This document shows positions 1-12,807 of a DNA stretch of 64,000 nt, in pieces. The notes under the pieces were generated by a model. That model saw only the letters and a list, made by a program, of their open reading frames with translations. It ran no database searches and was not told the DNA's origin. The DNA comes from Octopus vulgaris (taxonomy: Eukaryota), in the NCBI GenBank assembly GCA_951406725.2, contig OX597827.1:12214001-12278000 (forward strand). Direction: 5' to 3'. Each line of letters opens with the position of its first letter. Positions within the stretch are counted from its first letter, which is position 1. The position numbers were made by a program, and so were the translations under genes.

Positions 1-32
1 TTTTATGCAATATATATATATATATATATATA

Positions 33-549
33 CTAGCAGTATTGCCCGGCGTTGCTCGGATTTGTAAGGGAAATAACTATATAAGCATTTTTAGAGAGTT
101 AATTCCTTTATAGATGCCAATTCGGGCTTTTTTAGCGATTTCTGTTTTGGCGACTTCAAGCCATGAAGTCGTTGTTCTAAAAGAACGCTGGTCTCCTTGA
201 CAACGCATTACGACGTTGATTTCCTTGAACTCCCTTCCCCACAGCTTCACGAGGGAGGGAAGAAGGGGGAGAAGCAAACACAGGTGCAGGTGTTTGAGCG
301 TGGATGCCAACTCCGCCGCCATCGACACACGAAAAATTATGCATTAAAATGGAATAAAAAATGATGTTAAATTATTTTTAAAATCGTAGACTCATCGTAG
401 ACGCGCGCTAATAGCCAGACGGGCTCGATATTAATCACGACTATAAGATACCCAAATTTGGTTAAACTGCACCGCAAAATGTGGGAGTAGTTAGGAATCT
501 AAATCATAGGAGACAGACACTCACACAACTACAGTTTTATATATATAGA
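33..549 (-). mobile_element. Non-autonomous Helitron, apparently full length
   Basis: On the minus strand it starts A|TCTATATATATAAAAC and ends with the GC hairpin CCGAGCAACGCCGG shortly before CTAG|T. These are the canonical TC...hairpin-CTRR termini, inserted between A and T. A related 3' end occurs at 19588-19743. Confidence 0.85.
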
Positions 550-581
550 TATATAAAATAATATGTGACAATTATTCAGTA

Positions 582-651
582 GCCAAGATAAAACTCTGAG
601 TTTCGGATGCTGAGGTGGAAATCCACACCACCATCTCTTCGGTTATCTGGC
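582..651 (-). ncRNA. Degenerate minimal hammerhead-ribozyme-like motif, probable Penelope-like element remnant
   Basis: Minus strand: stem I GCCAGATAA/TTATC(T)TGGC, core CCGAAGA, long stem II, GAAA, palindromic stem III ACTCAGAGT, GUU triplet. Confidence 0.5.
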
Positions 652-744
652 CATCTATTTACATAATATTGAGGTCTCTTTCTTTCTTTTGTTATCTTAC
701 CGTTTTTACCAATATATATATACATATATATATACTCTCTCTCT

Positions 745-1153
745 TTTTACTCTTATAGTTTCTTCAGTCATTTGACTGCAGCCATGCTGGAGCACCACCT
801 TTAGTTGAGCAAATGGAACCCAGGATTTATTCTTTGGAAGCCTAGTACTTATTCTATCGGTCTCTTTTGCCGAACCACTAAATTATGGGAACATAAACAC
901 ACCACCATCGGATGTTAAGCGATGTTGGCAGACAAACACAGACACTCGAACATATACACATACATATATATATATATATATACATATATACAATGGGCTT
1001 CTTTCAGTTTCCATCTACCAAATCCACTCACAAGGCTTTGGTCGGCCCACGGCTATAGTAGACGACACTTGCTCAAGGTGCCACGCAGTGGGAACGAACC
1101 CAGAACCATGTCGTTAGTAAGCAAGCTACTTACCACACAGCCACTCCTACGCC

Positions 1154-1154
<1 letters not shown>
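745..1154 (-). mobile_element. tRNA-derived SINE-A (octopus OK-like), full length
   Basis: A box TGGCTGTGTGG, B-box-like motif, CORE-like TTGAGCAAGTGTC segment, (TA/CA)n linker and 3' tail; matches about 20 other copies in the window. Confidence 0.85.
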
Positions 1155-1881
<727 letters not shown>

Positions 1882-2436
1882 GGTTTGCTTGAGGAAGCAT
1901 GAGAAAGAGAAATAGAACTTAATACAGGTGAATATATACATCATCTTATTTTTAATCAGCAGATAGCAAATAGTTGCAACAGTGGCTCAAGGGCCAAGCG
2001 TTTGATAAGGACGACGCAATGATTTGAGCTGAGTGACCTTGGTGTGAACTGCTACATGCGTGATTTCAACATTTTTAGCGAGAAAGTAAATGGGAAATAA
2101 AAAAATATTGACTAATTAATGTGCTGGACAATGAAACCATTCTAATATGAACTGTGGGCATCTTTCCAAAACTATGAAAGAGATTGACGGAGACAGTGAT
2201 GCCTCGATTGCTGGTCAATTCAGTTCACTGACGTTGGAAGGTGATGCATGGTTCATCTGCGTTTGGGTCTGGCACAAGTGCATGCTGACATCGATGCAAA
2301 ATGATGATGTTTGAACTTGATGAAATGTGAATGCCGGAGACATATTTTTTTCTCTTTTGTTTGTTTTAGTCATTAGACTGTGGCCATGCTGGAGCACCAT
2401 CTTGTGTGATTTTAGTTGAAGGAATTGACCCTAATA

Positions 2437-2646
2437 CTCTTTTACTCTTTTACTTGTTTCAGTCATTTGACTGTGGCCCTGCTGGAGCACCGCCTTGAGT
2501 CGAGCAAATCGACCCCAGAACTTATTCTTTGTAAGCCTATTACTTATTCTATCTGGTCTCTTTTGCCGAACTGCTAAGTTACAGGGACATAAACACACCA
2601 CCATCGGTTGTGAAGTGATGTTGGGGGGACAAACACAGACACACAA

Positions 2647-2689
<43 letters not shown>

Positions 2690-2854
2690 TATGACGGGCT
2701 TCTTTCAGTTTCCGTCCACCAAATCCACTTAGAAGCTTTGGTCGGCCCGAGGCTATAGTAGAAGACACTTGCCCAAGGTGCCATGCAGTGGGACTGAACC
2801 CGGAACCATGTGGTTGGTAAGCAAGCTACTTACCACACAGCCACTCCAGCACCT
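2437..2854 (-). mobile_element. SINE-A, full length
   Basis: A box TGGCTGTGTGG and B box GGTTCAGTCCC on the minus strand; (GTAAAAGA)n tail. Confidence 0.9.
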
Positions 2855-2879
2855 AATGCATACATTTTTTTTCTTTAAA

Positions 2880-3158
2880 ATCTGGTACTTATTCTAGTGG
2901 TGTTTGTTGTCAAACCCTTAAATTACAGTGATGTAAACACACCAACACCAACACAAATACAAACACACACATACACACACACTCTCTCTCTCTCTCACAC
3001 ACACACACATATAATATCAACTAAATCCACCCACAAGGCTTTGGTCAGCTTGAGGCTATAGTAGAAGACACTTGCCCAAGGTGTCACACAGTGGGACTGA
3101 ACCCAGAACCATGTTGCTGGGATGCAAACATCTTACCACATAACCATGCCTGTACCTA
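2880..3158 (-). mobile_element. Older, diverged SINE-A copy
   Basis: Diverged match to the SINE-A head and middle; 3043-3121 is the donor of the inverted insertion at 4229-4307. Confidence 0.75.
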
Positions 3159-3411
3159 TAGGATAATAACAAGCTATAAGTTGACAGTTGAATTTGATGA
3201 AAGGAAATCTGAGAAAATTAGACCAAACTGGTAAATTTTGGATGACATTCGAAACAGAACGACACAGGACTGAGATGTATGGAGAGATTTTCAGTAATGT
3301 TTGAAATGTAGGTATCATAATGTGTGTGTGTGTGTTCGTGTGTGCGTGTGTGTGTGTGTGTGCGTGTCCCCAAACATCACTTGACAACCAATGCTGGTGT
3401 GTTTACGTCCT

Positions 3412-3880
3412 CGTAACTTAGTAGTATGGCAAAAGAGACCGATAGAATAAGTACTATGCTTACAAAGAATAAGACCTGGGATCGATTTCTTCGACTAAAA
3501 GTGATGCTCTAGTATGGCCTCAGTCAAATGATTGAAACAAGTAAAAGAGTAAAGAGAGTCAAGTACTGGGGTTGATGTAACGAAAGCTGCTGGTCCGGCA
3601 CCAAAATTTAAAATAGTGAGAAGGACAAAATAGAGGAGCAGGGACACAGAGAGATAAGAATATGGTATGGCAATAATGGTTCCAAATTTTGGTGCCGGAC
3701 CAGCAGCTTTGGTTACATCAACCCCAGTACTTGACTCTCTTTACCCTTTTACTTGTTTCAATCATTTGACTGTGGCCATACTAGAGTATCACTTTTAGTC
3801 AAAGAAATTGATCCCAGAGCTTATTCTTTGTAAGCATAGTGCTTATTCTATCGGTCTCTTTTGCGAAACTACTAAGTTAC
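3412..3880. repeat. ~200-bp inverted duplication (SINE-A tail plus flank) with ~75-bp spacer
   Basis: 3412-3609 is near reverse-complementary to 3684-3880, including the non-SINE-A flank and private variants such as CTAGTATGG and GATTGAAAC. Confidence 0.9.
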
Positions 3881-4152
3881 GGGGCATAAACACACCACCA
3901 TCTGTTGTCAAGTGATGTTGGGGGACAGACACACACACACACACATACACACACACACATATGTATACATATATACGATGGGCTCCTTTCAGTTTCTGTC
4001 TACCAAATCCACCCACAAGGCTTTGGTCGGCCCGAGGCTATAGTAGAAGACATTTGCCCAAGATGCCACACAATGGGACTGAACCCAGAACCATGTGGTT
4101 GGTACTTACCACATAGCCACTCCTGCACCTATTCACACAGCCACTCCTGTGC
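3735..4152 (-). mobile_element. SINE-A
   Basis: Tail-to-head match to the family; small duplication at the head. Confidence 0.85.
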
Positions 4153-4398
4153 CAGCTAGTTATTTTATCAACCCTGGTACTTGACTACTTATTTTATCGA
4201 CCCCAAATAGATGAAAGTTGAATTTGGACCCAGCAACATGGTTCTGGGTTCAGTCCCACTGTGTGACACCTTGGGCAAGTGTCTTCTACTATAGCCTCAA
4301 GCTGACCTCAGTGGAATTTGGACCCACAACATAAAGATAGATGGAATGCCTGCTAAGCATTTTATCCAGCATTCTAACAATTCTGCCAGTTCGCTTCC

Positions 4399-4621
4399 TT
4401 AACCTTTTTAGCATTTAACCGAGCCATATCTGGCCCAAATATTGTACCTGTTAAATGTTCAAACCAGCCAGATTTGGCCTCTCACGCAAACTCTGTAATG
4501 TCATTCTAAAAGCAAATAATCACCTTCACTGAAATTTTGAAGCTATGAGATAATGCAGAATTAATTCAAAACTCTGTGAATAAACAAGAATTACATTGAC
4601 GTCTGAATGTTAAAGGGTTAA
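4399..4621. mobile_element. piggyBac-like MITE, family 1
   Basis: TTAA at both ends; TIRs CCTTTTTAGCATT / AATGTTAAAGGG. Relatives at 49160-49816 (SINE-interrupted) and ~52050-52200. Confidence 0.7.
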
Positions 4622-4989
4622 TATGAAATGACACTAATTCCTTCTGTTAAAGGCTTCTGTTACTTATGATACCAACTCCAAAAGGTTGAAAGGCAAAATC
4701 GGCATTGGCACAACTTGGACTCAGAACATAAAAGCAGGTGAAATGTTGCAAAGCATTTTCTCCAGCATGCTTACCGATTCTGCCAGCTCACTGCCTTAAT
4801 ATGATATGATAATAATAATGGTTTCAAATTTTGACACAAAACCAGCAGTTTTTGACGGTGAAGTCAATTACATCCATCCCTGTACGTGACTGGTACTTAT
4901 TTTTATGGAACCCAAAAGGACGAAACGCAAAGTCAATCTCAGTAGAATTTGAACACATGATGATAATAATAATAACAACAACAATAATG

Positions 4990-5033
<44 letters not shown>

Positions 5034-5037
<4 letters not shown>

Positions 5038-5238
5038 TACTGTCTATGTAATCCCAAATTTTAAAACAAACTTATAATTTTGTTTTCTTGAACTTTCTCT
5101 AGAACAATACTATGTGCAAAACCAAATATATGACACCCTAGACATAATACTAACTTGAACTTCTAACTTGTTGTCTCTTGAGGTCCCTGGGTGAGACTTA
5201 GAGTCAACTTGTACAAATACAAAGCAAAATTCAAACAT
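5034..5238 (+). mobile_element. 5'-truncated R4/Dong-type LINE 3' end inside (TAA)n
   Basis: Encodes KILSM* followed by a 3' UTR homologous to 28522-28760; (TAA)n on both sides. Confidence 0.75.
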
Positions 5239-5267
5239 ATAATAATAATAATAATAATAATACATAA

Positions 5268-5725
5268 TTATTAAAGACAGGGAAGAAAATACTTGTAAAC
5301 TAATAGATGTAATTGTTCCCACTGATAAAGATATATGTCAAGGAATTTGACAAACCAAAAAAATATAAAGACGTAGAAATAGAAGTACAAAAGATGCAGC
5401 ATCTTAAAATGAGAACTGTTACTGTTATTGTAGGTGCCCCAGGTATGATAAAAAAGGGATGTCAGAAACATCTAGATAAGATCCCAAGAGAATCATGTCT
5501 CAGAGAAATCCAAGAGATTGTACTGACAAGTACTGCCCACATCCTTAGAAAAACCCTATCCATTTAAATGTCTGTGTTGTATTACATGAAGATATTTCAC
5601 TACATCCTTTCCCCAAGCTTTCGGTCATACTGTAATATCTCTTATCTTTCACTCGCCCTAGGACACTGAGTGTTTCTTTGCAAGTGACTGTAACAAACAT
5701 GCAGATTAAAAGTAAAAAAAAAAAA
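5268..5725 (+). pseudogene. R4/Dong-clade LINE C-terminal restriction-like endonuclease remnant plus 3' UTR
   Basis: IIKDREENTCKLIDVIVPTD / KEFDKPKKYKDVEIEVQKM..VIVGAPGMIKK..EIQEIVLTSTAHILRKTLSI*, with one frameshift; A-rich end. Confidence 0.85.
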
Positions 5726-6287
5726 TGATACTAATAATCCTTTTTGCTATACACACACAAGGCCTGAAATGTTGGGGAAGGGAGCTAGTCAATTACATTG
5801 ACCCCGCCAGGGTTTAACTGGTACTTATTTTATTGATCCTGAAAGGATGAAAGGCAAAGTTGACCTCAGCAGAATTTGAACCCAGAACATGAAAATGAAC
5901 AAAATACTGCATTGAAATTTTTGTCCAGCAAGCTAATGATTCTACCAGCTCACTGTCTCAATAATGACGATAATAACAATAGCAATAGAAAAAGTAATAA
6001 TAATAATAATAATAATAATTATTATTATTATTATTATTATTTTGGTAGTCGTATTGCTAATTGCAAGATTCACTAAACAAGCTATCACATTTCTGTATTA
6101 CTTTGGCATTTGCAATGTGTCATTTTGTAGCGTTTTTTTTTTCTAGTTTGTACAGTAATATCTAATAATGTTGTTTTCTACATGTATATATATATGTGTA
6201 TGTCCTGGGGTGTTCTACAGAATATATACATAATTATATATATGTATACATACATACATATATATATATATATATGTGTATATACAC

Positions 6288-6389
<102 letters not shown>

Positions 6390-6497
6390 ATATATATATG
6401 TGTATATATATATATGTATATATATGTATATATATATATATATATAAGTATATATAAAATTTCAGCAAAATTTAGATTCAAATGAATATCTGTGTTT

Positions 6498-6598
<101 letters not shown>

Positions 6599-6716
6599 AA
6601 CACAGATATAGTGCCCCATAGCATTTATGAAACATTGTGTATAAGCTTATGTTCTGATGTACTCTACAGTTGTGTATGTGTGTGTATATTTGTATACTTC
6701 TGCATTTAATGAATAC

Positions 6717-6754
<38 letters not shown>

Positions 6755-6785
6755 AATATATAAATATATAAATATATATACCCAC

Positions 6786-6824
<39 letters not shown>

Positions 6825-7195
6825 TTATAAATACAAATACATATATGTATGTATATGTGTACATATGTATTAAGTGTTAATTTTCTACATTTAATGTTGG
6901 TATTTCAAGCCACTGTTATTTTGTTTGTGAGAATGTGCATGTGTGTCGGGGGGGGCGTGAGAGAGAGAGAGAGAGAGAGAGTGTATGTGTCGGTATGGTG
7001 TATATGATTTTATAATAAAAAATAAGATAAAATATTCCTCCTGAGTCATAAGCTCATAAAATCAGTTTTTTGGGGTTCTGTAGCACATATATAAATATAT
7101 ATATATAGTTCAAATTTACAGGAAACAGAAATGAAGACAGGTGTAGGAACAACAAGCAGGTGTATTAGTTTAACACTCTGGAAGAATTGGAAAGT

Positions 7196-7232
7196 CCTTT
7201 ACATTTTGAGCCTATGCTCTTCAACAGAAAGG
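7196..7232 (-). ncRNA. Decayed hammerhead-like motif in a short Penelope-like remnant (~7110-7305)
   Basis: CTGTTGA-A-GAGC-ATAG-GCTC-AAAATGTA; same architecture as 40625-40660 but the core is mutated. Confidence 0.4.
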
Positions 7233-7670
7233 ATTAAAAAGGACAAGAAATGGAGAGAAATGAAAGAAAAAAACACAGAGAAAAAAATATGCTGAGTTCA
7301 ACAGTCCAATATGACGATATATATATTCCCCACTGAAGGAGATGCCCATCCATCGTGGGATAACTCAATGGACTGGAGCAACATGGAATGAAGTGTTTTG
7401 CTAAAGAACACAATGCATCACCCAGTCCAGGAATTGAAATCACAATCATGCAATCAATAGTGCAGGAGGGAAAGCATGCAGAAACTACTATGCATTTGTT
7501 CCTGATGGCTGCAGAGTAAGTGTGGTGTAATAGTGTATTTTTGTGGTATACTCTTTTACTCTTTTACTTGTTTCAGCCATTTGACTGTGGCCATGCTGGA
7601 GCACCACCTTTAGTCGAGCAAATCGACACCGGGACTTATTCTTTGTACATGTTGGTGCTATGTAAGAAGA

Positions 7671-8126
7671 TACATAGTACCTTCTTACATAGTACCTTCT
7701 TACATGTACCTTCTTACATAGTACCTTCTTACATGTACCTTCTTACATAGTACCTTCTTACATAGTACCTTCTTACATGTACCTTCTTACATAGTACCTT
7801 CTTACATAGTACCTTCTTACATGTACCTTCTTACATAGTACCTTCTTACATAGTACCTTCTTACATGTACCTTCTTACATAGTACCTTCTTACATAGTAC
7901 CTTCTTACATGTACCTTCTTACATAGTACCTTCTTACATGTACCTTCTTACATAGTACCTTCTTACATAGTACCTTCTTACATAGTACCTTCTTACATAG
8001 TACCTTCTTACATGTACCTTCTTACATAGTACCTTCTTACATGTACCTTCTTACATAGTACCTTCTTACATAGTACCTTCTTACATAGTACCTTCTTACA
8101 TAGTACCTTCTTACATAGTACCTTCT
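7671..8126. repeat. Minisatellite of 31 units in two variants (15-bp TACATAGTACCTTCT x22, 14-bp TACATGTACCTTCT x9)
   Basis: Counted directly; followed by perfect 15-bp and 20-bp hairpins at 8129-8195. Confidence 0.95.
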
Positions 8127-9138
8127 TACATGTAAAAAGGTACATAGTACCTTTTTACATGGTACCATCACTATGGTGATGGTACCATGTAAAAACCACT
8201 TGGTACACTCTATAAATTAGTTGTCATTAGGAAGAGCATCGGACAGTAGAAACCAAGGCAAATACAAAGTATAGAACCTGGAGTGGTTTTTGGCCTTGCC
8301 AGCTCCTGTCAAACCATCCAACCCATGTCAGTGTGGAAAATGGGCATTAAATGAGGATGATGATGGTCATCTTCATCATTTGTTGTTGTTGATGTTTTTT
8401 CCCAAGTTAGCTCTGACTGAAAAGACCTATGATAGAATATAGCTTAGCCATAACCATTCCCTTTTTCTTTATTATCCAATGAGTCCTTTTCTAGCATGGC
8501 TGTTTGTGGCTTAATTGCTATTTCTCACAGGTCAAGATCCCTTGCTGGTTTGACCATTCAAGAATTTGGATTGGTAGGAATAGGTGGCATTTAAATCTAC
8601 TGGACACACAATTTTCTAGTTTGCTCCAAAGTTAATAATTCTAATAATTGTTGTAACTGTTCAGTTGTTAGTTGTTATTGTTGTTGCTGTTGTTGCTAAG
8701 TTCTAATTAAGTAGATGTGTGACAAAAGACATTCCAGCTATGACAAACACTCTCACAATGTGCATCTAAGACTCCCTAATTCAATTTGCATTTCTCTCTT
8801 TAATACAATAATTTGGGGTAGATTTTATATTTATAGCAGATAATCAACTGAAAGGGAAGCTCCTTAAGTTGTAATTCAGTTCAGTGTTCTTCCCTAAGGG
8901 ACCAACTATATACTAATTGGTATTATTAAGAACCCCTAAGGTGCAAGCTAAGCTAGCAGAATCATTAGCACACTAGGCAAAACGCTTAGCAGCATTTCTT
9001 CTAAGTTAATGTCCTGAGTTCAAATCCCACAAAGGTTGACTTTGCCTTTCATTCTTTCAGGGACAATAAAATAAGGGCAGCAATCTGGCAGAATTGTTAG
9101 CATGCCGGGTGAAATACTTAGTGGTATTTCATTTGCTG

Positions 9139-9388
9139 CGAGCTGGCAAAAGCGGCAAGCTGGCAAAGGCGGCAAGCTGGCAGAAACGTTAGCACCCCGG
9201 GCGAAATGCTTAGCGGTATTTTGTCTGCCGTTACATTCTGAGTTCAAATTCCGCCGAGGTCGACTTTGCCTTTCATCCTATCGGGGTCGATAAATTAAGG
9301 ACCAGTTACGCACTGGGGTTGATATAAACGAATTAATCCATTTGTTTGTCCTTTCTGTGTTTAGCCCCTTGTGGGTAGTAAAGAAATA
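9139..9388 (+). mobile_element. Young SINE-C (Meta-domain-like) nested in an older SINE-C head
   Basis: Head GGCGGCAAGCTGGCAGAA, B box GAGTTCAAATTCC, domain GACTTTGCCTTTCATCCT..GGGGTCGATAAATTAAG; 16-bp flanking duplication at 9123-9138 and 9389-9404. Confidence 0.8.
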
Positions 9389-9837
9389 GGTATTTCATCT
9401 GCTGTTACGTTCTGAGTTCAAGTTCTGCTGTGGTCAACTTCAAAGAAAGTTGGAAGAAAACAGTTAACCTTGCATTTGTGTTTAAAAATCTTCGAGGACA
9501 ACATGTTCAAAAATGGCTGCTTCAAGCTCACAATTTTGCTTTTGGTTTTGGTTCTCATGGTAACATCATTATAAACGTCTTAAACTCCAAACAAGTAAAG
9601 TCATGGAATTGTGTGACTGCTGAAGCAATATTCAGAAGCCATACTTTTCAGTAAAACTTTTAATTAGTGATTTTAAAACCAATGAGTGGTTATGTTGGTG
9701 TTCATTTTGCATACACGTGTGCTGACACACATATATATATACACCATACACACTCATACACGCACACATATACATTCATGTATACATATACACATATGCA
9801 CGTATAGGCATGCACCCACACATATTAAAACATGTAT

Positions 9838-9880
<43 letters not shown>

Positions 9881-9917
9881 TAGATAGATAGATAGATAGA
9901 TAGAGAGACAGACAGAC

Positions 9918-9948
<31 letters not shown>

Positions 9949-9977
9949 TAGGTAGATAGATAGATAGATAGATAGAC

Positions 9978-10020
<43 letters not shown>

Positions 10021-10118
10021 AAGACAGACAGAGAGACAGACAGATATGTTTCTTTATTAGCCGCACAGGGCTGCACACAGATAGAACAAATTACAAGGTA
10101 GAGCTTTTCTTTACAGAC

Positions 10119-10157
<39 letters not shown>

Positions 10158-10165
10158 CAGGTAGG

Positions 10166-10238
<73 letters not shown>
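9838..10238. repeat. (GATA)n/(GACA)n tetranucleotide repeats
   Basis: Directly visible. Confidence 0.95.
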
Positions 10239-10241
<3 letters not shown>

Positions 10242-10432
10242 CATCATCTTTTTCATCGTCAGATTTTTTGTATCTGATGCTCACAAAATGCAGACTAATG
10301 TGTCTGTTAGCAGAATTCCCCATAAAAAAAAATTGAACATTATTGAGAGAAGCAATAATAATAAGTTAATGCAATGCTAAAAATCAACTGACTGATAATG
10401 TATATATACTAGTAGCAAACAAGAATAAGCAC

Positions 10433-10608
10433 CTGACTAATTGCAGAAATCTGGCAGTCAAAATTAGAAAAGCCAGCCAGAAGTGCACACCAATCCGATT
10501 GGCCATGCCTGCCGTAACGAAGCAGCTAAGCATGTCATCCTGCAGATGACATGATGAAATTTTTGAAAGGTAGATGATGAATTCAGTAACTTCACTCTTC
10601 CAAGCAAA
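10433..10608 (-). CDS. Candidate host exon: 5' UTR plus putative signal peptide MANRIGVHFWLAFLILTARFLQLV(S/R), CDS from ATG at 10506
   Basis: Unique non-repeat island; long pyrimidine tract and TTCCTTGCAG acceptor; ATG in GGCATGG context; hydrophobic core; weak donor CAG|GTGCTT (phase 2). No homology recognised. Confidence 0.35.
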
Positions 10609-10686
10609 CTGCAAGGAATATTCATGAAAATATAGGAAAAAAAGGAAACAATTTTCATAAAAGAGCTAAAAACTAAAATACAGTTG

Positions 10687-10765
<79 letters not shown>

Positions 10766-10785
10766 TAGATAGATAGATATAGATC

Positions 10786-10851
<66 letters not shown>

Positions 10852-11859
10852 TATATGTGTGTATATATATATATATATGTATGTATATAGATCTATATCT
10901 ATCTATCTATCTATCTATATATATATATATATATATATATAAATATGTGTGTATATATTTATATATGCACTTTCACATACCGCAACCACATTCACTTAGG
11001 TATAAGAAGGAATGAGATTTTTTTTTCCCCCTATTTTAAATGTCTTTTATTCCATTGAGAGGTAGACATTATTTTTTTTTTTTTATAAAAAGCTTTTGGT
11101 AAAGATTAAATTTCTATTCAGGAAAAAAAAAAAGACATTTTTTTTAGACTTGACAAAAAAAAAAAAATTGCTATGAATAGAACATATAATGCATAAATAA
11201 AACATAAAAATGTAATAACAAAATTTTCAAAAAAATAAAACTTACACATATATAAAAAAAAAAGTAATACAAAACAAAATCTATTTTCTATTTTGTACTC
11301 TGGCTGATTTCTGCAGTTTCTACTCAGTCACCATTTGTCTTTAACAGAGGTAGACAATGAAAATATAAATTTTCCTGCATTCATGTGTCAATAGAGATTT
11401 ATTTATATATATTAACCAACTACAACAATAACAATAACAACAACAACAATGGCAATAACCAAACAGAAAAATTGGGGGGAAAAACTGAAAGAAATGGATA
11501 TAACAATCAGAAATTGCAAAAATAAACGGTAAAAAAATGAAAATATATAGATGCAAAAAATACAATCAGTTGCTATTCTTCTTGATATTTTCGTGTGCGT
11601 TTTTATTATTTTATTATTCTTATAATTTTTGTTATTTTATTCAACATATACTACATATTTAATATATGTGTATATATATATATTGGTACATAGATATAGG
11701 AACATATGCCGAAATATATGAATACATATATATATATATATATATGTGTGTGTGTCTTTATATGTGTATTTGTACATATACATATATGTGTGTGTGTGTG
11801 TGTGTATATACACATATATAAACACATTTATACACACACATGTATATATATATATATAT

Positions 11860-12522
11860 ATATAGATAGAGAGATAGATAGTAGATAGATACACTCACAT
11901 ATATATATATATACATACACACACGCACATATATACATGCATACATATATGTGTATGCATATATATTTGTGTGTGTTTGTGTGACTACATGTATATGTAT
12001 AAATACACATGACACACACACCACATATATAAACACACATACACTCATACAAACACACACACATATATATATAGATAGAGAGATAGATAGTAGATAGATA
12101 CACTCACACTCATACACATATATATATATATATATTTATATATATACACACGCACACACATATATACATGCATACATATATGTGTATGCATATATATTTG
12201 TGTGTGTTTGTGTGACTACATGTATATGTATAAATACACATGACACACACACCACATGTATAAACACACATACACTCATACAAACACACACACATATATA
12301 TATATAGTTAGAGAGATAGATAGTAGATAGATACACTCACACACACTCACACACATATATATATATATATACACACACACATATATACATGCATACATAT
12401 ATGTGTATGCATATATATTTGTGTGTGTTTGTGTGACTACATGTATATGTATCAATACACATGACACACACACACCACATGCACATGTATAAGCACACAT
12501 ACACTCATACAAACACACATGC
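11860..12522. repeat. Higher-order tandem triplication of a ~220-bp compound microsatellite unit
   Basis: The marker GTGTGACTACATGTATATGTAT..ATACACATGACACAC recurs three times. Confidence 0.85.
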
Positions 12523-12687
12523 ATATTTCATGTCCACTGTCCAATGGTATTTATTTATTTGTGTGCGTGTGTGTGTGTGTGTATATGTGTGTGTATGTGT
12601 GTGCACGTGCTGCCTATTTTCTCCCTTGTAAAGCACTTCCAGTCTTTTAGTATTTATTCCTATTTAAAGAATCTATCTAAATATTAC

Positions 12688-12733
12688 CTTGTAAAAACTC
12701 ATTGATTTCTTTTTGGGATATCTTATCCTTCAT
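12688..12733 (-). CDS. Candidate exon 3' part: short ATG-initiated frame MKDKISQKEINEFLQ ending at a splice donor
   Basis: AAAATGAAG start and AAG|GTAATA donor. If spliced to 10608 it reads ..FLQVCLEE*, i.e. an upstream ORF. Confidence 0.25.
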
Positions 12734-12807
12734 TTTAGCCTGTTGTTCTTCTTGGTGTTGTCGGTGTTATTGTTGTTATTGCTCTATTCATTCTCCACAT
12801 TTTTTCC

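Noticed and set aside
1960-2340. Unique-looking segment, possible exon or transposase C-terminal relic
   Set aside because: Only faint similarity to mariner-type C-termini; stops in the frames examined; cannot be supported by eye.
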